Of a stretch of 33,959 nt of DNA, positions 33,935 to 33,959 are shown in pieces. The DNA lies in assembly GCF_001194135.2 (NCBI RefSeq), contig NC_068985.1:94810922-94844880 (forward strand). Direction: 5' to 3'. Origin of the DNA: Octopus bimaculoides. Its lineage: Eukaryota. Under the pieces are notes generated by a model, which saw only the letters and a list, made by a program, of their open reading frames with translations, was not told the origin of the DNA and searched no databases. The position numbers and the translations under genes are program-made. The first letter of the stretch is position 1. Each line of letters starts with the position of its first letter.

Positions 33935-33959
33935 TATATATATATATATATATATATAT
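33935..33959. repeat. (TA)n running to the window end
   Basis: Read directly. Confidence 0.97.

Overview
Eukaryotic, very AT-rich, microsatellite-dense DNA with two assembly gaps (N at 23393-23725 and 31008-31463). The SINE families and overall texture look like an octopus or other coleoid cephalopod genome; this is recognition from memory, not a database result. I recognise no intact host gene, and most ORFs in the track are microsatellite or TE artefacts, so the window reads as intronic or intergenic. Supported features: (1) about 15 tRNA-derived SINE copies in three architectures built from shared modules (Deu/Nin-like, CORE-like and V-like), one full-length with a 13-bp TSD; (2) a ~700-bp element that keeps both ends of an R4/Dong-type non-LTR retrotransposon but lacks the whole RT region and sits between TAA-derived microsatellites, plus an older Dong-type endonuclease remnant; (3) a CR1-group LINE RT pseudogene; (4) two DD34D mariner remnants and one DD37D (maT) deletion derivative that keeps both TIRs and TA flanks; (5) a local 101-bp inverted repeat (5 mismatches) next to a head-to-head SINE pair. 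A few candidate exons are noted at low confidence. I found no evidence of a new multi-gene system. The best leads are the bipartite Dong derivative with its structured 5' end, the 3.3-4.3 kb dsRNA-forming cluster, and the modular SINEs.
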